Shown here: positions 18,874 through 28,218 of the stretch, one piece after another
How positions within the stretch are numbered: the first letter of the stretch is position 1
Layout: every line of letters begins with the position of its first letter
Source of the DNA: Nitrospiraceae bacterium
GTDB taxonomy: Bacteria; Nitrospirota; Nitrospiria; Nitrospirales; Nitrospiraceae
DNA length: 64,000 nucleotides
Direction: 5' to 3'
Assembly (NCBI GenBank): GCA_051293835.1
Contig: JBPKMA010000001.1
Span: forward strand, 309,952-373,951
Translations under genes and position numbers: made by a program
The notes under the pieces: model-generated
What the model saw: only the letters and a program-made list of their open reading frames with translations
The model's database searches: none
Told to the model about the DNA's origin: nothing

Positions 18874-19620
18874 GTGGAGAGAGTGAAGATGCGCTTTCGA
18901 CGGAAAGCTGCTGCGGTACTGGGAATGCTGTGGCTGTCGCTTGCCGCGTCCGCAGTGAGCGCCGTTCCTGTCGGCAAGCCGGCGATGCCCGAACCGCTTG
19001 GGTATGTGAGCGACCATGCCAAAGTGCTCGATGAGGACTGGAAGGCGCGCATCCGGTCCGTCTGCCAGGATTTGGAGCGGAAGACCGGCGTCGAAATGGT
19101 GGTGGTGACCGTCAGCTCGCTGAGTCCCTACGCGACCGCTCACGAATATGCGTCAGCGTTGTACGACCGGTGGGGGATCGGGACGGCGCAGCAAGAACAC
19201 GGAGTACTGGTCTTGCTCACAGTGCAGGAGCGGCAGGCCGCCCTCACGGTTGGAAAGCGGATGATGCCGGTCATTACGCAAGAGGTGATCAGAAGGGTCG
19301 GGCGCGACTACCTGGATCCGTCCTTCAAGACCGGTCATTATGGCGAGGGGCTCTATCGCACGGCGGTCGCGCTCGCGGCCGTATCGCAGGACATCCGCGT
19401 CGGAACGATATCGCGCGCCCATGCTAAAGGGCTCGGAATATGGATGACAGTCCTCGCCAGTCTCGGTTCACTGTTCTTTCTGTGGTGGATCAGCCGGCCG
19501 GACCTGCGCCATCCGTACAGCCGTATCAGGCGCGGAGAATACTGGGGCACAGGCCAGGGCGGCTTTGGCGGCAACTTCGGCGGTTTCGGGGGAGCGACAA
19601 GCGGGGAGGGATGGAAATAA
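18874..19620 (+). CDS. TPM-domain protein (YgcG-like) with C-terminal TM helix and Gly-rich tail
   Basis: Signal peptide, then GYVSDHAKVLDEDW...TGVEMVVVTVSSL and HGVLVLLTVQERQAAL typical of TPM_phosphatase domains. TM WMTVLASLGSLFFLWW. Tail GGFGGNFGGFGG. Confidence 0.75.
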   Translation: MERVKMRFRRKAAAVLGMLWLSLAASAVSAVPVGKPAMPEPLGYVSDHAKVLDEDWKARIRSVCQDLERKTGVEMVVVTVSSLSPYATAHEYASALYDRWGIGTAQQEHGVLVLLTVQERQAALTVGKRMMPVITQEVIRRVGRDYLDPSFKTGHYGEGLYRTAVALAAVSQDIRVGTISRAHAKGLGIWMTVLASLGSLFFLWWISRPDLRHPYSRIRRGEYWGTGQGGFGGNFGGFGGATSGEGWK

Positions 19621-19826
19621 GTATCAGCGGTCGTCTGTCAATAATCATAATCAATCGGGAAAGGCACTGAGCTTTCCTGTCCGCCCACGCCTCAGCAACA
19701 CTCGTTCCGACTTTCAACCTCGACGGCGCACGCCCGGCTGCGTGCTCGATGATCCTTTCGGGCGCTCCGGCACAAAGCATCCTGGTGAACTGGGGGCCGC
19801 GCGATGCCTGGACCGACCATTCCGTT

Positions 19827-20513
19827 TCACAGCATCTTGTGATTCGAGAACGTCAAGCTTCGCACCGCCACCTCGCCGTTCTCGAATGAAATGACGCGTC
19901 GGCTGGCCGGCAAGTCAGACGAGGCGACACGTGTGTGCGTATCCGAGAAGCTCTCGACGTTGGAAAGCTTCCCGTCCTGGGGGGAGTAGTAATAGACGGT
20001 GTATCGCGTGGTGATGTACTTGTGGTCCTGCGTGAGTGCGCTGTCTTCGATGTTGATCGTAAAGGCGAAAGATGGCATGCCGGGATGGGCCATCTTTCTG
20101 TTGATCTGGGTGATCCGGTCGTCTTTGATCCGGTAAAACGAGTGCATGCCATCACCGTGGATCAGCAGCTTAGGGCCCAACGGGTGACCGTCCTGTTCGA
20201 GCGTCAACGTATACTTGCCGTCCGATTCTTCGAAGGTTCGAGGCTCGCGGTGGACGGCGATCATCCCAATCTGCCCCTCGGCCCATTTTTGCATCTCGGG
20301 GTCCGGTATGTTCACTGTCACCTCTCGTGGCCCTTTGACGGTGACACTTCCTTTCAACTCCTTCCCATTGACGTTGACGATCAGGTCAGCTGTGAAACCT
20401 TTAAAGTCTGACTGCCAGCGGGCCGTCTTCTCAAAAGCCGTGCGGAGTAAGGCACGGGCTTGCGGATCGTCGGCCACGGCTGGTTGCTCCTGTTCACGCC
20501 GGTACGTTTCCAT
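19827..20513 (-). CDS. Hypothetical protein, DUF3386-like (from memory)
   Basis: ATG 20513 with AGGAAGGAGA upstream; 228 aa. ARALLRTAFEKTARWQSDFKGFTADLIVNVNGKELKGSV resembles cyanobacterial DUF3386 proteins as I remember them. Confidence 0.5.
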   Translation of the reverse strand: METYRREQEQPAVADDPQARALLRTAFEKTARWQSDFKGFTADLIVNVNGKELKGSVTVKGPREVTVNIPDPEMQKWAEGQIGMIAVHREPRTFEESDGKYTLTLEQDGHPLGPKLLIHGDGMHSFYRIKDDRITQINRKMAHPGMPSFAFTINIEDSALTQDHKYITTRYTVYYYSPQDGKLSNVESFSDTHTRVASSDLPASRRVISFENGEVAVRSLTFSNHKML

Positions 20514-20794
20514 AGCTTTCTCCTTCCTGGTTCGGCCTCCGGGTGCTCCGGCAACCAGACTCCGATGAGCGATGGAGGGCAATCAGTTATAGTCGGCACA
20601 GGGACCGGCTCCAACCTGCTACCTTGACCGGTTCTCATCACTCGATCCATGGTTGATCGAGCGAAGAGCAGTCGATATTTCAACCACTTAGCAGCATTTT
20701 GTCGAAGCAGAAGTTATTAAACTTTCAAGGTCTTCCATCATTTCTTGGGAGGTGCGGGGCATCATATGGACTGGTAAGAACAGTTGTTTCTGTC

Positions 20795-20800
20795 TATAAT
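20795..20800 (+). promoter_or_regulatory. Consensus -10 box (TATAAT) in an AT-rich intergenic region
   Basis: Perfect TATAAT at 20795-20800 with TGGTAA 17 nt upstream, in a 300-bp low-GC spacer ahead of the basic-protein gene. Confidence 0.35.
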
Positions 20801-20853
20801 AAGTGCCCATTGGTCGAGAAAAACACCATTCCCCGATGGAGAAAGGGTTACGC

Positions 20854-21171
20854 ATGGAGCGACGGGCTGCCTCTCACACTGAAGAAGAGGAAATGAATCA
20901 ACGGCGACGCCTCCTCAATCTGGCGAGAAAAGGAGACGTAAAAGCCATCAACAAACTGTTTGAGCTGTATCAGGTTCGGGTCTACAGCGGAGAGATGCTG
21001 AACAAAATCGGCCAGGTGCCATTTGGTCCCGTGATGCACGAAAAGTCGGTCTCGCGACCGGCTGCCAAGGTTGCCAGAGGAACTACCCGCAGAAAACAAA
21101 CCAGCCTCCGACGAAAAGTGACGAGAAAGATAACCCGAAAAGCAGCCCGCCGGAAGGTTGCCAGTCACTGA
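20854..21171 (+). CDS. Small basic protein with Lys/Arg-rich tail (possible nucleoid-associated or nucleic-acid-binding protein)
   Basis: The start is ambiguous (ATG 20836, 20854 or 20893). The helical N-part LLNLARKGDVKAINKLFELY is followed by TTRRKQTSLRRKVTRKITRKAARRKVA. Confidence 0.5.
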   Translation: MERRAASHTEEEEMNQRRRLLNLARKGDVKAINKLFELYQVRVYSGEMLNKIGQVPFGPVMHEKSVSRPAAKVARGTTRRKQTSLRRKVTRKITRKAARRKVASH

Positions 21172-21258
21172 GACCGGTCCTTCCCGGGTGAAAAACCGGA
21201 GAAAAAGGAAGCCTGCCTCATCCGCCGATGCTTCTGCCCGGAGTCGGGGCAGGCTACT

Positions 21259-21555
21259 TTATTGCACCGCAACCTTCAGCCCGCCGGCCGAAAGTCGTTG
21301 CGCGATACCTTCCGAAGTCTTCCACTCGCCGCTGTACACTACCGCTTGTCCCTGAGTATGGATGCGATAGGCGAGCTCGAACGCTCGAGCTTCATTCATT
21401 CCTGGAATGACTTCGCAAAACAGCCTGATCACCTGCTCGAAGGTATGGCAATCGCAATTGTACACCACCACCCGGGCTTCCAGGCCGTCGCCGGTACCTG
21501 TTTCGATGTCTTCGATAGTTTCGGGTGTTGCAACGGGAGTCGGAACAGCAACCAT
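21259..21555 (-). CDS. clpS: ClpS-family adaptor, divergent (ClpS2-like)
   Basis: 98 aa. The core VVVYNCDCHTFEQVIRLF...AFELAYRIHTQGQAVV aligns with the ClpS core VNDDYTPMEFV...VHYQGKA. No clpA adjacent. Confidence 0.75.
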   Translation of the reverse strand: MVAVPTPVATPETIEDIETGTGDGLEARVVVYNCDCHTFEQVIRLFCEVIPGMNEARAFELAYRIHTQGQAVVYSGEWKTSEGIAQRLSAGGLKVAVQ

Positions 21556-21608
21556 GTCGCGTCATTGTAACAAAGTAACAAAGCAATCGGAAAGGAGTAC
21601 AACCTCCG

Positions 21609-22298
21609 CTAAGCGCCCAGGCGGGGAAGCCATTCGTTCCGGAGCGGCCATTCTTCTCGCTCACAGGTTCTGGTCAGCAGGCGATAATGCGGTTCGGAGT
21701 CCGTCACGGCAACGAGCCCATGTTGACCCGCCAGCCGAACTGTATCAATCAGGGATGCCGAGGTCTGAAGCAGGGCGATTCCGTATTCATACCGGTAGCC
21801 GTCGCTGAGGGAAGAAAGGGATTTCCCGCTGAGCGACCGCAGCCAGTCGACGGTATAGGGTTCGCGTTTCCACGCCTCGTCGATAAGCCGCAGCAACGCG
21901 GCGGGGCCAGGAACGCTCGTGTTGCCGATGCGTGTCCCGTGCGGCAGATCGAAAAGGCCCGTTTGAAACCGCCGATCGGTCGCAAGGGCGTGATGGAAGA
22001 GGGAACGCCATATCGGATCGGCTAAATCGCGATCCACCGCGTCGGCGGTTTCCCGGTCCAATAGGCTGCTGATGGAAATGGATGGTATCTGGACGATCCG
22101 TCCATTTTTCATCAGTTCCGGGAATATCGCCCCCATTCGGTCGTGGCAGGACGTCGCGATGCTCAACGGCGTCAGTTGCAGCGCCGTATAGTTCCGAAGG
22201 TGAACGGACCGATAGCGTTCGAGCAACCGTTCCAACGTCCGCGCGTGGCACAAATGGAACGGATAATACAGCGCCCGCGTGTCATCCACGGCGTTCAT
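21609..22298 (-). CDS. Hypothetical protein
   Basis: 229 aa from ATG 22298 (the tracked start 22304 is TTG). No family recognised. Confidence 0.45.
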   Translation of the reverse strand: MNAVDDTRALYYPFHLCHARTLERLLERYRSVHLRNYTALQLTPLSIATSCHDRMGAIFPELMKNGRIVQIPSISISSLLDRETADAVDRDLADPIWRSLFHHALATDRRFQTGLFDLPHGTRIGNTSVPGPAALLRLIDEAWKREPYTVDWLRSLSGKSLSSLSDGYRYEYGIALLQTSASLIDTVRLAGQHGLVAVTDSEPHYRLLTRTCEREEWPLRNEWLPRLGA

Positions 22299-22333
22299 CG
22301 ACAAATGCGGAGAACTGTGCTAGGGTTGGCCCA

Positions 22334-23407
22334 ATGCGTCTTCCGCTTGGCTCCCGGCTCGACCTGCTTCTGGTCTTCGTGCCTCTTTCCATCTCGCTCG
22401 AAATGCTCCATGCCGATTCCGTCCTCGTCTTCGCGTCCTCTGCGCTCGCCATTGTGCCTCTTGCCGGACTCATGGGCAAGGCCACTGAACACCTAGCGGG
22501 ACGCGCCGGCGCCGGGGTGGGCGGTCTCTTGAACGCGTCGCTGGGCAACGCAGCCGAGCTGATCATTGCCCTGGTGGCGTTGCGGGAGGGATTGCACGAC
22601 GTCGTCAAAGCCTCACTCACCGGCTCGATCCTCGGTAACATCCTGTTGGTGCTGGGGCTGGCGATGGTCGCCGGTGGCCTGCGTCATGAACGGCAACGAT
22701 TCAACCGCACGGCCGCCGGCATGGGAGCCAGTCTCCTGTTGCTCGCCGCGGTCGGGCTTGTGGTGCCGGCCTTGTTTCACTGGACGGCTTCAGAACGAGG
22801 ACGGTCAATCGAACGGGAACTGAGTCTCGAAATCGCCGTCGTGCTGTTCGCGATCTACGTTTTGAGTCTGGTGTTTTCGCTGAAAACACATCGCCATTTG
22901 TTCGCCGGGGAAGGCTCCGGTATGCATCAGCCGGACGAGCGGCCCTGGAGTCTGCGCCGGTCGATCGGTGTGTTGGCCGTCGTGACCGTTCTGATCGCCG
23001 TGCTCAGCGAGTTTCTTGTCGGCGCCATTGATCCCGCCGCCGCACGTCTGGGCATGACCCAGATCTTTGTGGGCGTCATCTTGGTTGCGTTAGTCGGTAA
23101 CGCGGCGGAACACTCGACAGCGGTTCTGGTTGCCCTGAAGAACAAGATGGATCTGGCCTTGGCAATCGCAGTCGGCTCCAGTCTCCAAATCGCCTTACTG
23201 GTCGCACCCGTACTGGTGTTTGCCAGTTACCTGTTCGGGACGCCGCTCGATCTGATTTTCACTCCGTTCGAAGTCGCGGCAGTGGCGATCTCGGTCCTTG
23301 TCGTCGGTTTCGTGGCCATGGACGGGGAATCGCACTGGATGGAGGGCGTGATGCTGGTCGGAGTCTATCTGATCCTCGCGATCGCGTTCTATTTCCTGCC
23401 GGCGTGA
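22334..23407 (+). CDS. Ca2+/H+ exchanger (CaCA/CAX family)
   Basis: ATG 22334 ([15 protein letters not shown]). Two alpha-repeat motifs, [11 protein letters not shown] and [11 protein letters not shown]. About 11 TM segments. The tracked 5' extension from 22082 is Arg-rich and overlaps the divergent gene. Confidence 0.88.
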   Translation: MRLPLGSRLDLLLVFVPLSISLEMLHADSVLVFASSALAIVPLAGLMGKATEHLAGRAGAGVGGLLNASLGNAAELIIALVALREGLHDVVKASLTGSILGNILLVLGLAMVAGGLRHERQRFNRTAAGMGASLLLLAAVGLVVPALFHWTASERGRSIERELSLEIAVVLFAIYVLSLVFSLKTHRHLFAGEGSGMHQPDERPWSLRRSIGVLAVVTVLIAVLSEFLVGAIDPAAARLGMTQIFVGVILVALVGNAAEHSTAVLVALKNKMDLALAIAVGSSLQIALLVAPVLVFASYLFGTPLDLIFTPFEVAAVAISVLVVGFVAMDGESHWMEGVMLVGVYLILAIAFYFLPA

Positions 23408-23462
23408 CTGTAGACTTCTGGGTGCTGAATTCTGGATGTTGATGAATTCAGAATTTTCTAGG

Positions 23463-23672
23463 TCACCACTTGTCCATGTCGATGACCTCGGTCGCATCCC
23501 AGAGATTTTTCCATTCCGCGTCGGCCAGAGCTCTTTGCCGATCCTCTTCGGTCTCTTCCCCGAACGCTTTCTTGTCGGCTTTTCTCACATCCGGGGGCGC
23601 GGTAGCCTTGGGAGCATCGGGTACGGACTGGACTCGTGGTCGGCGATTCTTGGGGTCCATGTTGACCGGCAT
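23463..23672 (-). CDS. Small hypothetical charged protein
   Basis: 69 aa with a strong GGGAGGG 8 nt upstream of the ATG. No family recognised. Confidence 0.5.
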   Translation of the reverse strand: MPVNMDPKNRRPRVQSVPDAPKATAPPDVRKADKKAFGEETEEDRQRALADAEWKNLWDATEVIDMDKW

Positions 23673-23851
23673 GACTAATCCCTCCCGTTAATACCGTGGT
23701 ATGTCAACATTGTTCCTACATGTCGTTTGCCGGCCTTGTCAAGCCGAGGCGAGGCCTTCTGTCGTGCATTGACTGGCCTTGGCCGGATTGTTACAGTCGT
23801 GCCCGTTTGTACGGGGTTGAACAGAGGCGTAGGCACCAGCTATTAGAATGT

Positions 23852-24211
23852 ATGGAATTGAGCGCCAAAGTGCTGTGGCCGTTGTTCCCGCTCTTACTCC
23901 TGATCGTCGTGGTATGTCTCACCTGGGCCTTAGTCGTCGCGGTGCGGCGCTCACGCGGTGCCAGAGCCGTGTGGCTTCAGGCCGGCGCGCTGATCTGCTA
24001 CCTGCTGGCCGCCGTGTCTGCCATTGCCAGTGAACATGGGGGCATCTCAGCCAATGTTCATCGACCGTTTTCTCTGCTGACGCAGATCCTTATCGCAGCG
24101 GCGCTCTATCATCTCTGGAAACGTGGCGATCGTTCTCTGCTGTGGCTCAACGGCTGGGCCTGGACAGCGATTCTGGCCGATACGGCGCTGCACTACCTGT
24201 TGGCCAGATAG
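23852..24211 (+). CDS. Hypothetical integral membrane protein
   Basis: ATG 23852; 119 aa with four hydrophobic segments. Confidence 0.45.
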   Translation: MELSAKVLWPLFPLLLLIVVVCLTWALVVAVRRSRGARAVWLQAGALICYLLAAVSAIASEHGGISANVHRPFSLLTQILIAAALYHLWKRGDRSLLWLNGWAWTAILADTALHYLLAR

Positions 24212-24219
24212 CGGCGTTG

Positions 24220-25362
24220 TTAGATCAGCTCGACGGCGATCGAGTCGGCTACCCGCCGTCCCCGCTCGGTGAGGCGGATTTTCCCTGCCCGCGATTCGAG
24301 CAAGGCCTCTTCGAGAAGACGGCCTATGGCCTCGGTTACGGACGGATGGTCGGCGTCTTGCTCTAGCAAGTCCTGGTCGATTCCTTCGATCAGGCGCAGC
24401 CCGAAGACAATCGCTTCTCGGAGGCGTTGGCGAGGGCTGAGCCGTTCAATCGCCTCGACCGGTATCCGTCCTGCCTCCAACAGGCGATGATAAGTGTTCA
24501 AGTTCTCCACGTTCCCGAAGCGGCAGCCGTTCAAATACGATTGTGCGCTCGGGCCAAGCCCTAGGTACTCGCCGTCAGTCCAATAGAGTAGATTGTGGCG
24601 GCACGCAAAGCCCGGCTGGGCATAATTGGAAAGTTCGTAGCGGACGTAGCCGGCGCCCGTTAGGATCTCCTGGGCGGCATCCTCCATTTGGTTTTGCCGC
24701 TCTTCATCGGGCTCGACAACTTCGCCGCGGTGGCGAGCGACGTTCAGGCTTGTGCCTTCTTCGATCGTCAACGCATAGCATGAGATGTGAGTCGGCAAGA
24801 GCGACAGCGTTTCGCGCAGCGTGGCGAGCCAACTTTCGACAGTCTGACCGGGCAAACCGTACATGAGATCGAGATTGATGTTGGTGAACCCCGCCAGGCG
24901 GGCGGCTTCAACCGCGCGCCTGGCCGTGCCGAGAGACGACCGGCGCCCGACGCGAATCAATTCGTGCTCGTCCATGGACTGGATCCCGAAGCTGATCCGA
25001 TTGAAACCCGCTCGGACGAGGAGACCGAGGCCTTCCGCGGTCACCGTTTCAGGATGGGCTTCGAGAGTGATTTCTGCGTCCCGTCGGATGGGGAAGGCGT
25101 GGCGGATATGGGCGAAGATGTCGGCCAGGCGGTCGGGACACAGCGTCGTCGGCGTTCCACCGCCGAAATAGACGGAAGTCAACGGGCGGCCGCCGAACGG
25201 ATTTTGTTCCGCATAGAGAGCGATCTCGCGCTGCAACGAGGCGAGGTACGCGGCCGCCCGGTCGTCGCGGTACATCTGGAGGGTAAAAGCACAGAAGTGA
25301 CAACGGGACCGGCAAAACGGAACGTGGATGTAGAGGCCGACCTCACGCGCCATAGGTATCAT
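24220..25362 (-). CDS. hemW: Radical SAM heme chaperone HemW (HemN-like, oxygen-independent coproporphyrinogen oxidase family)
   Basis: 380 aa. LYIHVPFCRSRCHFCAF (CX3CX2C), YFGGGTP, HemN C-terminal domain. Confidence 0.88.
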   Translation of the reverse strand: MIPMAREVGLYIHVPFCRSRCHFCAFTLQMYRDDRAAAYLASLQREIALYAEQNPFGGRPLTSVYFGGGTPTTLCPDRLADIFAHIRHAFPIRRDAEITLEAHPETVTAEGLGLLVRAGFNRISFGIQSMDEHELIRVGRRSSLGTARRAVEAARLAGFTNINLDLMYGLPGQTVESWLATLRETLSLLPTHISCYALTIEEGTSLNVARHRGEVVEPDEERQNQMEDAAQEILTGAGYVRYELSNYAQPGFACRHNLLYWTDGEYLGLGPSAQSYLNGCRFGNVENLNTYHRLLEAGRIPVEAIERLSPRQRLREAIVFGLRLIEGIDQDLLEQDADHPSVTEAIGRLLEEALLESRAGKIRLTERGRRVADSIAVELI

Positions 25363-25655
25363 GTCGGCTTGCTAAAGTCTTTTACCATCACTACTTCGAT
25401 CTCGTCGCTGGGTGACTTTCCCCGATTCCGCACGTGCACGGTCCAGGACGGATGACGCCGAAGCGACCAGAAAATGGTTTTTAACAACTCAGGCTTGATC
25501 CCGACCTCCCAATCTCGCAACCACGCATAATCGTCTTCATCGCCTTCATAGTCTTCCGGAAACACGGCCTCAAGGTTGAAGCGGAACGTAAACGTTTTTT
25601 CTTCTTGAAACATAAGCGGTGACCCTTTGTCCGGCTGGCGATTGCGGATCGCCAC
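25359..25655 (-). CDS. Small acidic hypothetical protein translationally coupled to hemW
   Basis: The stop overlaps the hemW ATG (ATGA). An alternative start is ATG 25613 (MFQEEKTFTF). No family recognised. Confidence 0.5.
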   Translation of the reverse strand: MAIRNRQPDKGSPLMFQEEKTFTFRFNLEAVFPEDYEGDEDDYAWLRDWEVGIKPELLKTIFWSLRRHPSWTVHVRNRGKSPSDEIEVVMVKDFSKPT

Positions 25656-25707
25656 GCTGGTTCCTTATAATTAACGCTAATGTACGACATCAACAGGAGT
25701 GAAGACT

Positions 25708-25932
25708 ATGCCCATCTTTGAATATGTCTGTCAGGAATGCAACCACCGATTTGAACTATTGGTTCACGGTTCGACTGTCCCCGCCTGCCCATCCTGCAAG
25801 GCCACGAAACTTCAAAAGCAATTCTCGCCCTTCGGGGTCGGTGCGACGGCCGATTGGGCTACGTCAAGCGCGCCGGCGCCTTGCGGCACGTGTGGGGACC
25901 CTCGCGGGCCCGGCGCCTGTTCGATGAACTAG
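25708..25932 (+). CDS. FmdB-family zinc-ribbon putative regulatory protein
   Basis: MPIFEYVCQECNHRFE...CPSC is the characteristic FmdB/CxxC_CxxC_SSSS N-terminus. AGGAG 8 nt upstream of ATG 25708. Confidence 0.8.
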   Translation: MPIFEYVCQECNHRFELLVHGSTVPACPSCKATKLQKQFSPFGVGATADWATSSAPAPCGTCGDPRGPGACSMN

Positions 25933-26007
25933 CCAGGAATGCTGTCCGTGCAGAGGCGCTCGTAAGAGCGGAAAGGGTCGCGACGTTGTCGCGCATCACG
26001 ACTGTGC

Positions 26008-26319
26008 ATGACCGTCGAAGAGGCTATCCGCACCCTCTCCCAATCGGATCCCATTGTCAAGCTCCTGCAACAGGTGAAGCTCGGACGGATGAAGCCAACC
26101 GATGCTGGGCTGCGCGCCGTCACCGAGGCGTGGCTCGGGACGTATCGCAAGGTGCTTGAAGCCGCTGAACCGGATCGGGTCTCGCTGGCTCGCATTGATC
26201 CATCGCCTCGACTAGCTGTCTTGGTCGAAGCGGAGGTGTTGTCCGAGGATCATCCGGCGGTACGCAACCTTCGCGATCTCTTCAACAAGCGGCTGGCCGA
26301 AGCCAACTCTGCTTCCTGA
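26008..26319 (+). CDS. Hypothetical protein
   Basis: 103-aa ORF. The stop overlaps the next start (TGATG). No family recognised. Confidence 0.4.
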   Translation: MTVEEAIRTLSQSDPIVKLLQQVKLGRMKPTDAGLRAVTEAWLGTYRKVLEAAEPDRVSLARIDPSPRLAVLVEAEVLSEDHPAVRNLRDLFNKRLAEANSAS

Positions 26320-26990
26320 TGGTTTCATCCATGTGGCTGATCGTGTTCGCCGGCGGCCTGGGCCTGTTCGCCATCTGTTCCATGGTATTGGCCGAGGAGC
26401 CAACGGGCGTGCGCCCGCTATTGGTGCCGACAGGTGCGGCGATCACGGCCGCGATTCCCCAAGACACCCGGCCGCTGATCCGCGCTGACGCCATCGAGCG
26501 GTTTCTGGATGAACTGGACGGGGCGCCGCCGGATTGGGAAGCGGTGTACGGGCCTGGCTACCGCGACCCTGGATACGACGAACGGTTATTCGAGTTAAAT
26601 CGGGAACGCGATCGACGGAGAGAGGGCAATCCAGCGCTTGGACAGCGGGTAACCTTCATCTGGGTTGGCGAGTTGTCCGCCTATGATCCGGAAAGCGGCG
26701 GCTTTCGGATCGCCATCGGCCCCAAAGTCAATCCGACCCGATGGGGGTGGGTCCGGTTCAAGGCCGATGGCTTGCCGTCGAATTTGGTGGCAATCCCTTC
26801 TGCGGACCAGCGAGAACCGTTGCGGAGAAGGGTCGCGAACGGCGAGAAAATCGAAATTGAGGTGGCAATGACTGGCCGTCTCATTCCCGAAGAAGCGATC
26901 GTGTACGATTTCGCCCATGAAGAGGAGGGCCGCGGTCTCATCATGCCGGTGGTGCGCCTCGAACGGGTCGACTACCTTTTGGCTGAGTAA
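26319..26990 (+). CDS. Hypothetical exported/membrane-anchored protein
   Basis: 223 aa with N-terminal hydrophobic segment MWLIVFAGGLGLFAICSMVLA. No family recognised. Confidence 0.5.
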   Translation: MVSSMWLIVFAGGLGLFAICSMVLAEEPTGVRPLLVPTGAAITAAIPQDTRPLIRADAIERFLDELDGAPPDWEAVYGPGYRDPGYDERLFELNRERDRRREGNPALGQRVTFIWVGELSAYDPESGGFRIAIGPKVNPTRWGWVRFKADGLPSNLVAIPSADQREPLRRRVANGEKIEIEVAMTGRLIPEEAIVYDFAHEEEGRGLIMPVVRLERVDYLLAE

Positions 26991-27067
26991 GCCGTGTTGC
27001 GAGTTACGGACAGGATGCCGGCTTTGAGGCCGCGCAGGTCGAGGCTGAAGAAATGGCGGGTGCCTTG

Positions 27068-27699
27068 CTAGGTGCCCGGGCGGACGATTGGGGTTGTCTT
27101 GAAGCTGGCCACTGCCGCGGCGTCTAGCTCCGGTTCGGCATCAGAGAGAAAGAGGATGGCGTCCGGAAGGAGCATTAGTCTGCTGGCGATGCGTTCGTAT
27201 GAGACGGTGTCGGTTTTGGCGCCGATGCGGGTGTCGAAGAAATGCGAGAACAACGGCGTGAGATCGCCATTGGTCGTTTGGGCTTGCTCGGAACCGGAAG
27301 AATAGGTGGCCAAGCGAATTCCGTTGTTCCGCCACCGAAGGAACGTGGGAGCAACATCCGTGTAGAGTTCGGGGTAAAGGCGCAGGAACGGCACCCTTCT
27401 TCCCAGATTATCCCTTGCAGGGCTTTCAGCCCCATGTCCCATGTGTTTGCGGTTTTCATCGATCCAGCGGACGAGGAATTCGTGAAGGCCGGCGTAGGCC
27501 GGGCGCAATCCTTCCTCCCGTCTACGGTGTCTTGGCACAGCTCGGCCTGGGTGAAGACCGCGAGGTCCTCGCGATGCTCCCGTAGGAAGGCGGCCAGCCG
27601 CCGTCGCGCGTAATGAAACAGCACCTCGTGCACGAACTCCACCGGGATGATGGTGCTTTCGAGGTCCAAGAGCACACAGTGAATGGTCATAAAGGCCAC
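27068..27699 (-). pseudogene. mtnC: Enolase-phosphatase E1 (mtnC) pseudogene, multiple frameshifts
   Basis: HAD motif I IHCVLLDLESTIIPVEFVHEVLFHYA and LKALQGIIWEEG are in one frame. FVRWIDENRK and YPELYTDVAPTFLRWRNNGIRLATYSSGS...FFDTRIGAK...LFLSDAEPELDAA are in another frame. Confidence 0.8.
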
Positions 27700-28218
27700 C
27701 GATAGCGGTGTTCAATCCCTGAGAGCGTGTAGCGGGACACCCAGCCGGCCTGGTCGGTAAAGATGCGAAGCGCGCAGACCACCGGCTGTGTGCCGAGATC
27801 GAACCAGTGTTTGGTGTTGGTCGGCACGGAGAGCAGGTCCCCTTCCCGACAGAGCACGGCGAACACTTCTTCGTCCGGTCGCTCCGTGTGAAACCAGAGC
27901 AACCCGGATCTTTCCACGAGAAGCGCACTTCGTCTTCGGAATGGATGTATTCGCGCGGGAACTTATCACGAATCGCATCAAGATTCGGCATATTCGGCAT
28001 CACACGCATGATGTCAGCGGAGCCGTATCCGCCTTTGTCCATGAACGGCTCGAACCAGGATTGTAAGCCGCCAGGACTTGATCGTCCGTGGCGTCCGCAG
28101 GCAAGCCGACGTCTGTCGACCAGTGTTCGTAGAAGGTCCCGCGCTCGTCGGGGAAACGCCGGATTTCATGCCCGCCTGCGCGGGGCGCATTCTTGTCAGG
28201 AACTCGAAGCACGGCCAT
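27687..28218 (-). pseudogene. mtnD: Acireductone dioxygenase (mtnD, ARD) pseudogene, at least two frameshifts
   Basis: The gene is split into three pieces in three frames: MAVLRVPDKN...FYEHWSTDVGLPADATDDQVLAAYNP; then KGGYGSADIMRV...REYIHSEDEVRF; then LLWFHTERPDEEVFAVLCREGDLLSVPTNTKHWFDLG...IRIFTDQAGWV. Confidence 0.8.
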
